DNA from: an uncultured delta proteobacterium
Lineage (GTDB): Bacteria > Desulfobacterota > Desulfobaccia > Desulfobaccales > 0-14-0-80-60-11
Assembly (NCBI GenBank): GCA_963812015.1
Contig: CAWETI010000002.1
Span: forward strand, 64,001 to 128,000
Direction of reading: 5' to 3'
DNA: 64,000 bases
Shown here: positions 11,324 to 23,487 of the stretch, one piece after another
Layout of the letters: each line of letters opens with the position of its first letter
Numbering within the stretch: position 1 is the first letter of the stretch
The notes under the pieces: model-generated
Seen by the model: only the letters and a program-made list of their open reading frames with translations
What the model was told of the DNA's origin: nothing
The model's database searches: none
Translations under genes and position numbers: made by a program

Positions 11324-12325
11324 ATGAGCGTCTGGGTGGTGGGAATCATCTTCTTGATCGTGAAACTGCTGGTGGTGCTGGTGGCCTTGCTGCTGTTCGC
11401 CGCCTACCTGATCTACGTGGAGCGCCGGCTCCTGGGGTTCTTGCAGCTTCGCCTGGGCCCCAACCGGGCCGGCCCCCTGGGGCTGCTGCAACCCATCGCC
11501 GATGCCGTCAAGCTCCTGACCAAAGAAGATGTTATGCCGGCGGGGGTGGACCGGGTCATCTTCCTCTATGCCCCGGTGGTGGTGGCCGCCACCGCCATCC
11601 TCATCTTTGCCGTGGTCCCCTTTGCCCAGGGGTGGACCTTTAGGGGGCATCCCATCCCCGGGGTCGTCACCGATCTCAACGTGGGCCTGCTCTACGTCTA
11701 TGCCCTCTCCTCCCTGGCGGTCTACGGCGTGGCCCTGGGCGGCTGGGCCTCGAATTCCAAGTACAGCCTGTTGGGGGCCATCCGGGGCGCGGCCCAGATG
11801 ATCAGCTACGAGTTGGCCCTGGGGCTGTCCCTGGTCCCCATCGTGATGATGGCCAAATCCTTCAGCCTGGTGGACATCGTCAACGCCCAGGCCCGCTGGC
11901 CCTTTATCCTGTTCCAGCCGGTGGCCTTCGTCATCTTTTTCGTGAGTTCCCTGGCCGAAATGAAGCGCATCCCCTTCGACATCCCGGAAGCCGAACATGA
12001 GCTGATCGCCGGCTATCATACGGAATACAGCGGCATGCGTTTCGGCCTCTTTTTTCTGGGCGAATACGTCACCATGGTGACCCTGGGGGCCCTGGTGGCG
12101 GTGTTCTTCCTGGGGGGCTGGCGGGGGCCTTTCCTGCCGCCGCTGTTGTGGTTCTTGATCAAGGTGTCCGCCGTGGTCTTGGTCATCATCTGGATTCGGG
12201 GCACCCTGGGTCGGCTGCGCTACGACCAACTCATGCACCTGGGCTGGAAACTGTTGATCCCGATGGCCCTGCTCAACATCATCGTCACCGGCGGGGCGCT
12301 GCTGGCTTTGGGGTATAAGGTTTAG
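11324..12325 (+). CDS. nuoH: NADH-quinone oxidoreductase subunit H
   Basis: GPNRAGPLGLLQPIADAVKL, RIPFDIPEAE, RLRYDQLM. Confidence 0.96.
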   Translation: MSVWVVGIIFLIVKLLVVLVALLLFAAYLIYVERRLLGFLQLRLGPNRAGPLGLLQPIADAVKLLTKEDVMPAGVDRVIFLYAPVVVAATAILIFAVVPFAQGWTFRGHPIPGVVTDLNVGLLYVYALSSLAVYGVALGGWASNSKYSLLGAIRGAAQMISYELALGLSLVPIVMMAKSFSLVDIVNAQARWPFILFQPVAFVIFFVSSLAEMKRIPFDIPEAEHELIAGYHTEYSGMRFGLFFLGEYVTMVTLGALVAVFFLGGWRGPFLPPLLWFLIKVSAVVLVIIWIRGTLGRLRYDQLMHLGWKLLIPMALLNIIVTGGALLALGYKV

Positions 12326-12454
12326 ATACATGGTGGCACAGGCTTTGAGCCTTGCAGGGCGCCGGCAAGATGCCGGTGCCACCAAAAACCAAGGACTTGC
12401 CCGAGGGTGGGCAAAACGCCGATACGGCCAACAGATAGCCTTGCGGAGCACAAC

Positions 12455-13033
12455 ATGAATCATCCAGCAACCCGTAAACCTCCCGGAGCCGGGAAAAGCA
12501 GTTATGACCTGATCGATCCGGCCATCCTCTGGGCTGAACTTAAGCTCTCCCAGGGGATCACCTTTCTGGACCTGGGCTGCGGCCAAGGCAATTACGCCCT
12601 GGCGGTCGCGGGCCTCATCGGTCCGGCTGGCACGGTTTACGCCGTGGACCTCTGGGATGAGGGCATTGCCGCCCTCAAGGACCGGGCGACCCGGGAGGGC
12701 CGGACCAACCTAAAACCCCTGGTAGCCGGGGCGGGCCAGGTCCCGTTAGACAACCTCAGCGTGGACGTGGCGTTCATGGCCACCGTGCTCCATGACCTGG
12801 TGGAGGCTGGCACCGCGGCCGGCGCCCTGGCGGAAGCGGCCCGGATCATCAAGCCCGGGGGGCGGCTGATCATCGTGGAGTTTGACAAGATCGACGGGCC
12901 CCCGGGGCCACCCCGGCACATCCGGTTGGATGCGGCGGAAGTGGAAGCCCTGGTGGCCCCCTACGGGTTCCGCCGCCAGAAGATTGCGAAGCTGGGGCCA
13001 TACAATTACTTGATAACGTTCGTGAAATTGTAG
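12455..13033 (+). CDS. Class I SAM-dependent methyltransferase inserted in the nuo operon
   Basis: FLDLGCGQG motif I, VYAVD, IIKPGGRLIIVEF. Confidence 0.9.
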   Translation: MNHPATRKPPGAGKSSYDLIDPAILWAELKLSQGITFLDLGCGQGNYALAVAGLIGPAGTVYAVDLWDEGIAALKDRATREGRTNLKPLVAGAGQVPLDNLSVDVAFMATVLHDLVEAGTAAGALAEAARIIKPGGRLIIVEFDKIDGPPGPPRHIRLDAAEVEALVAPYGFRRQKIAKLGPYNYLITFVKL

Positions 13034-13040
13034 CCGCAGG

Positions 13041-13190
13041 TTTAACCGTGAAAAGCATCTTTCACATCCCCCTAAATCCCCCTTTTACAAAGGGGGACTT
13101 AGACCCGTCGTCCTTACTCCCCCCTGTGGAAAAGGGGGGCAGGGGGGGATTTTTCATTGCCGGGGGGGAGCCGCCATGGGCTCATGCCGG
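13041..13190. repeat. Inverted copy of the 8521-8667 repeat
   Basis: Reverse complement aligns with 8521-8667. Confidence 0.8.
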
Positions 13191-13264
13191 TTTAGCTTGC
13201 GCTGGCGCCGGCTGGAAAGCCGGTGTCAGCACTTAAGAGATCCCAAGAGCCGGAAATCGACACC

Positions 13265-13819
13265 ATGCAAGAGCGACGCAATTGGTTACCGTTAAGCGGA
13301 CGGGCCGTGGCCGGCCTCTGGGACGCCTTTGCCATCGTGCTCCGGCATCTTTTCCGCCGCCCCGTCACCGAAGAGTACCCGGAATACAAGCGGGTTCTCC
13401 CGGCCCGCACCCGGGCCCGGATCATCCTCACCCGGGACCCGGACGGCGAGGAGCGCTGCGTCTCCTGCTATCTCTGCGCCGCCGCCTGCCCGGTGTCCTG
13501 CATCTCCATGGAGGGGGAGGAACGGCCCGACGGCCGCCGCTGGGCCCGGTGGTTCCGCATCAATTTCGCCCGCTGCATCTACTGCGGCCTGTGCGAAGAG
13601 GCCTGCCCCACCCTGGCGATCCAGTTGACCCCGGATTTCGAATTCTGCGAGGGGGACCTCCTGACCATGGTGGCGGAAAAGCAGGACCTGTTGGTGGATC
13701 ACGGCGGCAAAAACCGGGACTATAATTTTTACCGCCACGCCGGGGTGGATATGGTGGGAGGTAAGGGCACCCACATCGGCGAAGCCAAGCCGGTGAATAT
13801 CCGGAGCAATCTCCCCTAA
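13265..13819 (+). CDS. nuoI: NADH-quinone oxidoreductase subunit I
   Basis: Two CxxCxxCxxxCP motifs; TEEYPE. Confidence 0.95.
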   Translation: MQERRNWLPLSGRAVAGLWDAFAIVLRHLFRRPVTEEYPEYKRVLPARTRARIILTRDPDGEERCVSCYLCAAACPVSCISMEGEERPDGRRWARWFRINFARCIYCGLCEEACPTLAIQLTPDFEFCEGDLLTMVAEKQDLLVDHGGKNRDYNFYRHAGVDMVGGKGTHIGEAKPVNIRSNLP

Positions 13820-13861
13820 AGGGCCTGGGGGCCGGCCCCCCGGGGTAAACAGGACTATGCC

Positions 13862-14368
13862 ATGAACATCTATGCCATGATGTTTTACGTGCTGGGGGCG
13901 GTCATCGTTGCTGCCACCGCCCTGGCCATCACCCGCCGCAACGTGATGCACGCCATTGTTTACCTGGTGTTGTCCTTTATCGGCACGGCCCTGCTGTTCT
14001 ATCTCCTGGGGGCCCCCTTCCTGGCGGTCCTGGAGGTGGTGATTTACGCCGGGGCGATCATGGTGCTGTTTCTGTTCATCGTCATGATGCTGGAAATCAA
14101 GCCGGATGAGAAAACCCTGTGGCCGTTTTTTAAGCAATGGTTTCCGGCCCTGGGCCTGGCCGGGATCTCTGGCATCGTCATGTTGGTGTTCCTGCTCCTG
14201 GCGCCGGGGGGCAACCAAGTCCTGCCCCTGGCCACGGCTTCACCCCTGGCTTTTGGCCGGTTTGTCTTCCAGAAATACTGGCTGGGGGTGGAGATTGCTT
14301 CTTTTCTCCTGTTCGTGGCCCTGGTGGGAGGATTGTACCTGGGCCGGAGCGGGAAAACCGGAGACTGA
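13862..14368 (+). CDS. nuoJ: NADH-quinone oxidoreductase subunit J
   Basis: YAGAIMVLFLFIVMML. Confidence 0.95.
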   Translation: MNIYAMMFYVLGAVIVAATALAITRRNVMHAIVYLVLSFIGTALLFYLLGAPFLAVLEVVIYAGAIMVLFLFIVMMLEIKPDEKTLWPFFKQWFPALGLAGISGIVMLVFLLLAPGGNQVLPLATASPLAFGRFVFQKYWLGVEIASFLLFVALVGGLYLGRSGKTGD

Positions 14369-14371
14369 ATC

Positions 14372-14683
14372 ATGGTCGGCATCGTGCCATACAGCCACGT
14401 GCTCATCCTGGCGGCGATCCTCTTCCTGCTGGGGGCCGGGTGCGCCATCGCCCGGGGCAATCTCATCATGATCCTCATCGGGGTGGAAATCATGCTGAGC
14501 GCCGCCGGCCTGGCGTTTATCGGGGCGGCCCTGCGCTGGCAGCAACTGGACGGGCAGGCCTTCGTCATCTTCATCATGGCGGTGGCGGCCTCGGAGGTGG
14601 CGGTGGGCCTGTCCCTGATCGTCTATTCCCAGCGGCGCACCGGTACGCTGAATGCGGACCGCTACAACCTCATGAAGGGCTAA
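14372..14683 (+). CDS. nuoK: NADH-quinone oxidoreductase subunit K
   Basis: EIML, VAASEVAVGL. Confidence 0.95.
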   Translation: MVGIVPYSHVLILAAILFLLGAGCAIARGNLIMILIGVEIMLSAAGLAFIGAALRWQQLDGQAFVIFIMAVAASEVAVGLSLIVYSQRRTGTLNADRYNLMKG

Positions 14684-14684
14684 C

Positions 14685-16655
<1,971 letters not shown>

Positions 16656-16667
16656 CGGAGGCAAGCC

Positions 16668-18173
16668 ATGCTGCATGTTCCGCTGCTTTCCATAATCATT
16701 TTTCTCCCGCTCGTGGGTGGATTTCTGGCCCTGGCCACCGGCAGCCGTTGGCCCCTCCTCTGTCGCTGGATCGGTCTGACCACCACCTTGCTGGAGTTAA
16801 GTCTGGTGAGCTCTTTATTATTCCTGGGCTTGCAACCGCAGGCCGGGCCCACCGGGGTCTGGCTGCTGATGGAAGATTACCCCTGGATAACCAGCCTGGG
16901 GGTCCGCTACAGCCTGGGGCTGGATGGGTTGAGCCTGCTGCTCCTGCTGCTCACTGCCTTTATCAACGTCCTCTGCATCCTCGTCTCCTGGCGCGCCATT
17001 ACGACCAAGGTCGGGTCGTTCCATTTCTTTCTCTTATTTTTGGAAGCCAGCGTCATGGGCTTGTTCATGGCCACCGATCTCCTGCTCTTTTATCTGTTTT
17101 GGGAAATCCAGATCATTCCCATGTTTTTCCTGGTAGGCATCTGGGGCCATGAGCGGCGGGTTTATGCCGCCGTCAAGTTTGTTCTGTTTACCCTATGCGG
17201 AAGTTTGTTGATGCTCATTGCCCTCGTGGCTCTCTATGTGTTCCATGGACAGCAGACCGGGGTTTATACTTTTGCTTCTGTCCAACTGATGCACACGCAG
17301 TTGAGCTTCACCACGGAAATTTTGCTTTATTCGGCCTTTATGCTGGCTTTTGCCATCAAAATCCCCATCGTTCCCTTACATACCTGGTTACCCGATGCCC
17401 ATACCCAGGCCCCGACGGCCGGGAGCCTGGATCTGGCCGGCTTACTTTTAAAGACGGGGTTTTATGGGTTTTTTCGCTTTGCCTTTCCCCTCTTTCCCTT
17501 GGCCGCCCAGGCCTCGATCCCGGTGCTCATCGCCTTGGGATTGGGAGGCATGTTCTATACCTCCTGGATCGCCCTGGCCCAAACCGATATCAAGCGCCTG
17601 GTGGCCTATTCCAGCATCGGGCATATGGGCCTGATGGTCGTGGGCATCGCCGTCTGGAATCTCTTGTCCATGACCGGGTCCCTTTTGCAAATGGTCAACC
17701 ACGGTTTATCCACCTCGGCGCTCTTCATCATGGTGGGCATGATCGGCGAACGGATCGACTCCCGGGAGTTCGCCGATTTGGGCGGCCTCTGGGGCAAGAT
17801 GCCCGTGTTCAGCGTCTTTTTCCTGTTCTTTGCCATGGCGTCCATGGGTTTGCCGGGTCTGAATAATTTTGTGGGAGAAGTCCTGCTTTTGGTGGGCATC
17901 TTTGAGGCCCGTCCGCTTATCGGGATATTGAGTTTCGGGGGACTGATTTTTACGGTGATTTATATCCTGCGGATGGTTAAAGACACCCTGTTCGGCGAGC
18001 CGAAAAAAGACCACGTGTGGGTGGATGTCAACGCCCGGGAAGTGGTCATTCTCGTGCTCATGGCCCTGCCCATATTGTTTATCGGGGTGCACCCCGGGCC
18101 GGCGCTGCGGCTGCTGGACCAGCCGGTGCAGCGCCTCCTGGAGCAGGTGAGCTTTTTGACGCCTGGCCTCTAA
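16668..18173 (+). CDS. nuoM: NADH-quinone oxidoreductase subunit M
   Basis: FAIKIPIVPLHTWLPDAHTQAPT, LPGLNNFVGE. Confidence 0.96.
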   Translation: MLHVPLLSIIIFLPLVGGFLALATGSRWPLLCRWIGLTTTLLELSLVSSLLFLGLQPQAGPTGVWLLMEDYPWITSLGVRYSLGLDGLSLLLLLLTAFINVLCILVSWRAITTKVGSFHFFLLFLEASVMGLFMATDLLLFYLFWEIQIIPMFFLVGIWGHERRVYAAVKFVLFTLCGSLLMLIALVALYVFHGQQTGVYTFASVQLMHTQLSFTTEILLYSAFMLAFAIKIPIVPLHTWLPDAHTQAPTAGSLDLAGLLLKTGFYGFFRFAFPLFPLAAQASIPVLIALGLGGMFYTSWIALAQTDIKRLVAYSSIGHMGLMVVGIAVWNLLSMTGSLLQMVNHGLSTSALFIMVGMIGERIDSREFADLGGLWGKMPVFSVFFLFFAMASMGLPGLNNFVGEVLLLVGIFEARPLIGILSFGGLIFTVIYILRMVKDTLFGEPKKDHVWVDVNAREVVILVLMALPILFIGVHPGPALRLLDQPVQRLLEQVSFLTPGL

Positions 18174-18240
18174 CTGGTTGAGAGGGAATTTTTCAGGCTC
18201 GAATCTCGCCAATCAATCCATATCTGAAAGGAAAAAGATC

Positions 18241-18855
18241 ATGAAAATCCTGGTAGTGTATTACTCCATGTACGGACACGTCTTGAAGATGGCCCGGGCT
18301 GCGGCCGCCGGGGCCCAGGCGGTGGCCGGGGCCGAAGTGGTCCTGCGCCGGGTCCAGGAACTGGAATCCAACCTCCCCAAGGTCCAGGGCAGCAAACACG
18401 CCCAGGCGGTGCTGGAGCAGCAGCGGGACGTCCCCATCGCCACCCTGGACGACCTGCGGGCGGCGGACGGGGTCATCTTCGGCACCCCGACCCGCTTCGG
18501 CAACATGTGCGCCCAGATGAAGCAGTACTTCGACGGCGCCGTGGAACTCTGGGCCCAGGGGGCACTGGAAGGCAAGCCCGCCGGCCTCGTGGTCTCCACG
18601 GCCACCACCCACGGCGGCCAGGAGACCACCTGCTTCACCATGATGGCGCCCCTGTTGCATCTGGGCTTTATCATCGTCGGGGTGCCTTATTCCACCCCGG
18701 GCATGCTCCACACCGAAGGCCGGGGCGGCACCCCCTACGGCGCCACCACGGTGGCCGGGGGCAAGAACGAACTTGAACCCGCCCCGGAAGACCTTGCCAT
18801 CGCCAGCGCCCTGGGGCGCCGGGTGGCCGAAGTGGCCGGTAAGCTGCGAGGTTAG
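18241..18855 (+). CDS. wrbA: WrbA flavodoxin-like NAD(P)H:quinone oxidoreductase
   Basis: YYSMYGH, GTPTRFGNM, HGGQETT, GGTPYGA. Confidence 0.93.
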   Translation: MKILVVYYSMYGHVLKMARAAAAGAQAVAGAEVVLRRVQELESNLPKVQGSKHAQAVLEQQRDVPIATLDDLRAADGVIFGTPTRFGNMCAQMKQYFDGAVELWAQGALEGKPAGLVVSTATTHGGQETTCFTMMAPLLHLGFIIVGVPYSTPGMLHTEGRGGTPYGATTVAGGKNELEPAPEDLAIASALGRRVAEVAGKLRG

Positions 18856-19172
18856 AGCGTTTGCCAAAAATTCCTTCTGATGGTTGGTTTTTAAATCCCC
18901 CTAAATCCCCCTTTTTCAAAGGGGGACTTGCAAAGGAAATTCGCTAAGTTCCCCCCTTTGAAAAAGGGGGGTTAGGGGGATTTGGGTTCCTGGAGCATGT
19001 ATCATAGCGGAAAAAACTTTTGGCATTCCCTACCCTATATGAGAGACCTCTGCGAAAAGCCATTTTGTCATCCTGAGCGGAGCGAAGGACCTCGTATCTT
19101 TTCGTATTTATGAGATTCTTCGGTCGCTCCGCTCCCTCAGTCTGACAGGTGAGGGACTTTCGCAGAAGTCTC
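18856..19172. repeat. Two adjacent MITE-like elements with imperfect terminal inverted repeats
   Basis: TGCCAAAAA..TTTTTGGCA ends (approx. 18856-19031) and GAGACCTCTGCGAAA..TTTCGCAGAAGTCTC ends (19043-19172), each enclosing palindromic repeats. Confidence 0.6.
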
Positions 19173-19191
19173 ATAAGAGGATCATAAGCGT

Positions 19192-20646
19192 ATGCCCACG
19201 GACTGGACCGGCCTGCTCCCCTTCCTGATCCTGGCGGGGGGGGGCACCCTCATCTTCCTGGTCGGCGCCTTTTGGCGGCGGCGGCCGCAGGAAGTGCTCT
19301 TCGCCCTGGCCCTGCTTACCGCCGGGGCCGCCGGGGTCGCGGCCCTCCTGCTGGAGCCCTTGGCCCCGAACTTTGCGGGCATGCTGGACCTGGGTGGTTA
19401 CTCCCGGTTCTTTACCCTGCTCCTGATGTTCATCACGATCATCACCCTGCTTTTCGTGCGCCGGTACAGCCTGGGCCACGATTTTGCCGGGGATGAATTG
19501 TACGCCCTGCTGATGTTTGCGGCCCTGGGTATGGTGCTGGCCGCGGCCGGGACCAATTGGGTCATCTTTTTCCTGGGGTTGGAACTCCTGTCCCTGTCCC
19601 TCTACGTCCTCATCGCCATCCGGAAAGGGGAACCTTACGGCAATGAGGCGGCCTTAAAATATTTCATCATGGGGGCGGTGGCCTCCGCCTTTTTGACCTT
19701 CGGCATCGCCCTCCTCTATGCCATGACCGGCAGCCTCGAGATTGCGGGGTCCCTGGCCGCGGCCCCTGCTGATTCCGGCGACCTGGCCGTGATCCTCCTG
19801 GCCCTGGCCCTTATCCTGACGGGCCTCGGCTTCAAGATCTCCCTGGTGCCTTTTCACCTGTGGACCCCCGATGTTTACCAGGGGGCCCCGGCCCCCATTA
19901 CCGCGTTTCTGTCCACCGGCTCCAAGGTGGCCCTGTTTGCGGCCTTGCTGCGGTTTTCCCTGGCGGTGGCCTCCCCGGTCTGGGACTACGCCTGGCCGGT
20001 TTTGTGGGCCCTGGCGGGCCTCACCATGGCGGTGGGCAACCTCACCGCCCTCTATCAAACCCGGGTCAAGCGCATCCTGGCCTACTCCTCCATCGCCCAG
20101 ATGGGCTACCTGTTCATGACCCTCCTGGCGGTCAGGGAGGGCGGGCTCCCCGCCCTGATGTTTTACCTGACGGTCTATGCCGTCATGGACCTGGGGGCCT
20201 TCGGGATCATCGGGACGTTTTCCCCAGGCGATGCCGATCTGGAGGAGCTGGCGGATTACCAGGGCCTGGGCTATACTCACCCTTGGCGCGCCGCCATCTT
20301 TGCCACCTGTCTCCTCTCCCTGGCGGGGCTGCCCCCCACCGCCGGCTTCATGGGAAAACTGGTCCTCTTTCGGGCGGTTCTCCAGGCCAATTTCATCGGC
20401 CTGGCGGTGATCGGCATTATCACCGTGATCATTTCCATCTATTTTTATATTAATGTGGTGGTCCACCTTTATATGCACGAACGCGGCGGGGGGGCGAAGG
20501 TGTTCAGCTCCGACCTGGCCATCGACCTGGCCATCGGTCTGGCCGGCGCGGTGATCCTGGCGGCGATCCTCTGGCTGGGCATCCTCCCCGATTCCCTGAT
20601 GCAGGTGATCACCGCCATCGCCGCCTCGCTGCCGAAACCGGCATGA
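19192..20646 (+). CDS. nuoN: NADH-quinone oxidoreductase subunit N
   Basis: EAALKYF, FKISLVPFHLWTPDVYQGAP, LAGLPPTAGF. Confidence 0.96.
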   Translation: MPTDWTGLLPFLILAGGGTLIFLVGAFWRRRPQEVLFALALLTAGAAGVAALLLEPLAPNFAGMLDLGGYSRFFTLLLMFITIITLLFVRRYSLGHDFAGDELYALLMFAALGMVLAAAGTNWVIFFLGLELLSLSLYVLIAIRKGEPYGNEAALKYFIMGAVASAFLTFGIALLYAMTGSLEIAGSLAAAPADSGDLAVILLALALILTGLGFKISLVPFHLWTPDVYQGAPAPITAFLSTGSKVALFAALLRFSLAVASPVWDYAWPVLWALAGLTMAVGNLTALYQTRVKRILAYSSIAQMGYLFMTLLAVREGGLPALMFYLTVYAVMDLGAFGIIGTFSPGDADLEELADYQGLGYTHPWRAAIFATCLLSLAGLPPTAGFMGKLVLFRAVLQANFIGLAVIGIITVIISIYFYINVVVHLYMHERGGGAKVFSSDLAIDLAIGLAGAVILAAILWLGILPDSLMQVITAIAASLPKPA

Positions 20647-20758
20647 GACTTTCCCGATTGCAGTCCCAAGGATGTGATTTATCTTAAGGGGAAGGCCGGG
20701 GGACGTCTTTCGTACGGGGCCCCCTCCCGCACCAGATAACTCCCGGGTAGGAGACGCC

Positions 20759-21970
20759 ATGCCACCGCTCACGACCATCCAGCAGGATTTCCAGGTGAGC
20801 TTTCACTACGCGGTGCACTTCACCCGGGACCTGTTCGCCCTCTCCAACCCCCTGTTTAGAGACGTCCTGGGGCAAGACGCCGTCGGCCCGCCTCCCAAAC
20901 TCCTGGTGGTGCTGGACCGGGGGGTGCAGCGGTGTCACCCCCGGCTCTGGTCCGGGATCGAGGCTTACTGCCGGCGCCACCCTGAGGTGGTCACCCTGAT
21001 CGGGGCGCCCCTCCTGTTTGAGGGGGGTGAGCACCTCAAAAACAACCCCCTGCACGTCAACCTGGTGCAGCAGGCCATCCACGCCGCCGGCCTCTGCCGC
21101 CACTCCTATGTGGCCGCCATCGGCGGCGGCGCCCTCATCGACATGGCCGGGTTCGCCGCGGCCACGGCCCATCGGGGCATACGGCTGATCCGGGTGCCCA
21201 CCACCGTCATGGCCCAGGCCGATGCCTCCATCGGCGTCAAAAACGGTATCAACGCCTTCGGCAAAAAGAATTTTATCGGCGCCTTCGCCCCCCCGGTGGC
21301 GGTGCTGAACGACGCCGACTTTCTGCCCACCCTGTCCCGGCGGGATTGGATCGGCGGGGTGGCGGAAGCCGTCAAGGTGGCCCTGATCAAAGACGCGGAT
21401 TTTTTCGATTTCCTTGAGGAGCACGCCGAATCCCTGGCCGACCGGGACCTGGCCCGCATGGAACAGGTGATCCACCGCTCGGCGGCGCTCCACCTGGACC
21501 ACATCGCCAGGGGCGGCGACCCCTTTGAGTTCGGCTCCTCCCGGCCCCTGGACTTCGGCCACTGGGTGGCCCACAAGCTGGAGCACCTGAGCGGTTATGA
21601 GCTGGGGCACGGCCAGGCGGTGGCTTTGGGTATCGCCCTGGACTCCACCTACGCCCACCTCAGGGGGCTTCTCCCCCAGAGCCAATGGCAGCGGATCCTC
21701 ACCACCCTGAGGACCCTGGGCTTTGCCCTCTATGATACCCGGATGGAGGTGGAGCACGGCCTCCTGGACGGCCTGCAGGAGTTTCAGGAGCACCTGGGGG
21801 GCCGCCTCACCATCATGCTCCTTTGGGATATCGGCCAGGGCCTGGAGGTGCATGAAGTCGACCCGGACCTGGTGCGGGAGAGCCTGGCAATCCTCAAAGA
21901 AGAGGCCGCACTCTCTTCCGGGTCTGCGGCCCGGGTGGCGGCCGGAGGCGTGGTCCCAAAGGCATCTTGA
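20759..21970 (+). CDS. eboD: 3-dehydroquinate synthase-like sugar-phosphate cyclase (EboD type)
   Basis: IGGGALID, PTTVMAQADASIGVKNGIN, GDPFEFGSSRPLDFGHWVAHKLE; adjacent to eboE. Confidence 0.8.
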   Translation: MPPLTTIQQDFQVSFHYAVHFTRDLFALSNPLFRDVLGQDAVGPPPKLLVVLDRGVQRCHPRLWSGIEAYCRRHPEVVTLIGAPLLFEGGEHLKNNPLHVNLVQQAIHAAGLCRHSYVAAIGGGALIDMAGFAAATAHRGIRLIRVPTTVMAQADASIGVKNGINAFGKKNFIGAFAPPVAVLNDADFLPTLSRRDWIGGVAEAVKVALIKDADFFDFLEEHAESLADRDLARMEQVIHRSAALHLDHIARGGDPFEFGSSRPLDFGHWVAHKLEHLSGYELGHGQAVALGIALDSTYAHLRGLLPQSQWQRILTTLRTLGFALYDTRMEVEHGLLDGLQEFQEHLGGRLTIMLLWDIGQGLEVHEVDPDLVRESLAILKEEAALSSGSAARVAAGGVVPKAS

Positions 21971-22135
21971 GGGGAGTGGGCAGGGGGCACCCTTACGAAA
22001 AAACGAAAAAACGAAAAATTCCCCCGCCTTCCCCCTCAAGCGCCCTCCCATCCCCCTATATACGGAGGTGGGGGAGGCAGTTGTAGGGCCGGTGCCCTCA
22101 CCGCCCCTAGGGAACTTTTCAAGGCAGAGGTCCCC

Positions 22136-23383
22136 GTGCAGATCGGCCCGGAGGGGTTTTTTCACCTTACCTATTGCACCAAGATTCATCCCGGCCGCGG
22201 CTGGGAGGAATTATGGGGCCATCTGCGCCGCTCTGCCCCGGCCCTGAAGGCCAGGCTGGCGCCGGCGGCGCCCTTCGGCCTGGGGCTGCGCCTGTCCGCG
22301 GCGGAGGCCCGGGAGCTCCTGGCCGGGGACCGGCTGGCGGAGTTTCAAGATTTCCTGGCCCGGCACGCCCTCTACGTCTTTACCCTCAACGGCTTTCCCT
22401 ACGGCGACTTAACCGGTCCGGCCGTGAAAGCCCGGATTTTCGCCCCCGACTGGCGGGAGGACGCCCGGGTCCGCTACACCCTGGACCTCATTGAGATTCT
22501 CCGCCGGCTGTTGCCCTCCGGGGCGGAAGGGTCCATCTCCACCTCCCCGTTGTCTTACAAGGCCTGGATCGCCCCGGGTGATTCGGAGGCCTGGGGGAGG
22601 ATGACCCGGAACCTGGTGCGGGTGACGGAGCGGCTGGCCCACATCCAGGCCGGGGAGGGGAAACTGATCCATCTGGACCTGGAGCCGGAGCCCGACGGCC
22701 TTTTGGAGGTGAGCCGGGAGGTGGCGGACTTTTTCCGCGACTGGCTCCTGAAGGTGGGGGCCCCCATCCTGGCGGCGCGATCCCGGATCGATGGGTCGGA
22801 AGCCCGCCGGCGATTGCTTTCCCATATCCGGGTCTGCCTGGATACCTGCCACCTGGCGGTGGAGCACGAAGATCCGGCCACGGCCCTGGATACCCTGGCG
22901 GAGGCCGGCGTCCGGGTGGGGAAGGTCCAGATCACCGCCGGCCTCAAGGTGGAGCTGCCGGAGGCGGCGAGCTCGCGAGGGGCCGTGGTCGGGGAATTGG
23001 AGCCCTTCACCCGGTCTCCTTATCTCCACCAGGTCATCGGCCGGACCGGGGAGGGCCGCCGGGTCCAATTTCCCGACCTGGCCCCGGCCCTGCCGCGCCT
23101 GGCGGCGGGTTTGGGGCGCAACTTCCGCATCCACTACCACATGCCCCTGTTTGTGGAGCGGTATGGGCACCTGGGGTCCACCGGCGATGACACCCGGGCC
23201 GTGCTCAGCCTACTGAAGGAGCGGCAATTTTCCCGTCACCTGGAGATCGAGACCTACACCTGGGAGTGGCTGCCCCCGGACCTCAAGTGCGACCTGTTGG
23301 ACTCCCTGCACCGGGAGTACCTCTGGGTGCTGGAGGCCATGGAGACAGGAGAGGGGGCCCGGGGCTTGTCCTATTTTTCGTAA
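22136..23383 (+). CDS. eboE: EboE-like TIM-barrel (sugar phosphate isomerase-like) protein
   Basis: HLTYCTKIHP, TLNGFPYG, LEPEPDG, DTCHLAVE, YLHQ, RIHYHMPLF, HLEIETYTW. Confidence 0.88.
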   Translation: MQIGPEGFFHLTYCTKIHPGRGWEELWGHLRRSAPALKARLAPAAPFGLGLRLSAAEARELLAGDRLAEFQDFLARHALYVFTLNGFPYGDLTGPAVKARIFAPDWREDARVRYTLDLIEILRRLLPSGAEGSISTSPLSYKAWIAPGDSEAWGRMTRNLVRVTERLAHIQAGEGKLIHLDLEPEPDGLLEVSREVADFFRDWLLKVGAPILAARSRIDGSEARRRLLSHIRVCLDTCHLAVEHEDPATALDTLAEAGVRVGKVQITAGLKVELPEAASSRGAVVGELEPFTRSPYLHQVIGRTGEGRRVQFPDLAPALPRLAAGLGRNFRIHYHMPLFVERYGHLGSTGDDTRAVLSLLKERQFSRHLEIETYTWEWLPPDLKCDLLDSLHREYLWVLEAMETGEGARGLSYFS

Positions 23384-23420
23384 GTGGCCCCGGCCCCCTT
23401 CCCAACCCCGTGCATTTTTT

Positions 23421-23480
23421 GTAGGGGCGCACCCATGTGTGCGCCCGAGCCTGGGCGGACACGCAGGCCCCCCCTCAACG
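23421..23480. repeat. GTAG-type REP doublet; related copies at 31199-31258 and 59467-59525, short forms at 30849 and 38022
   Basis: GTAGGGGCG.ACCCATGTGT.CGCCC...GGGCG..CACGC.GG palindromic units. Confidence 0.8.
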
Positions 23481-23487
23481 TGCACCG

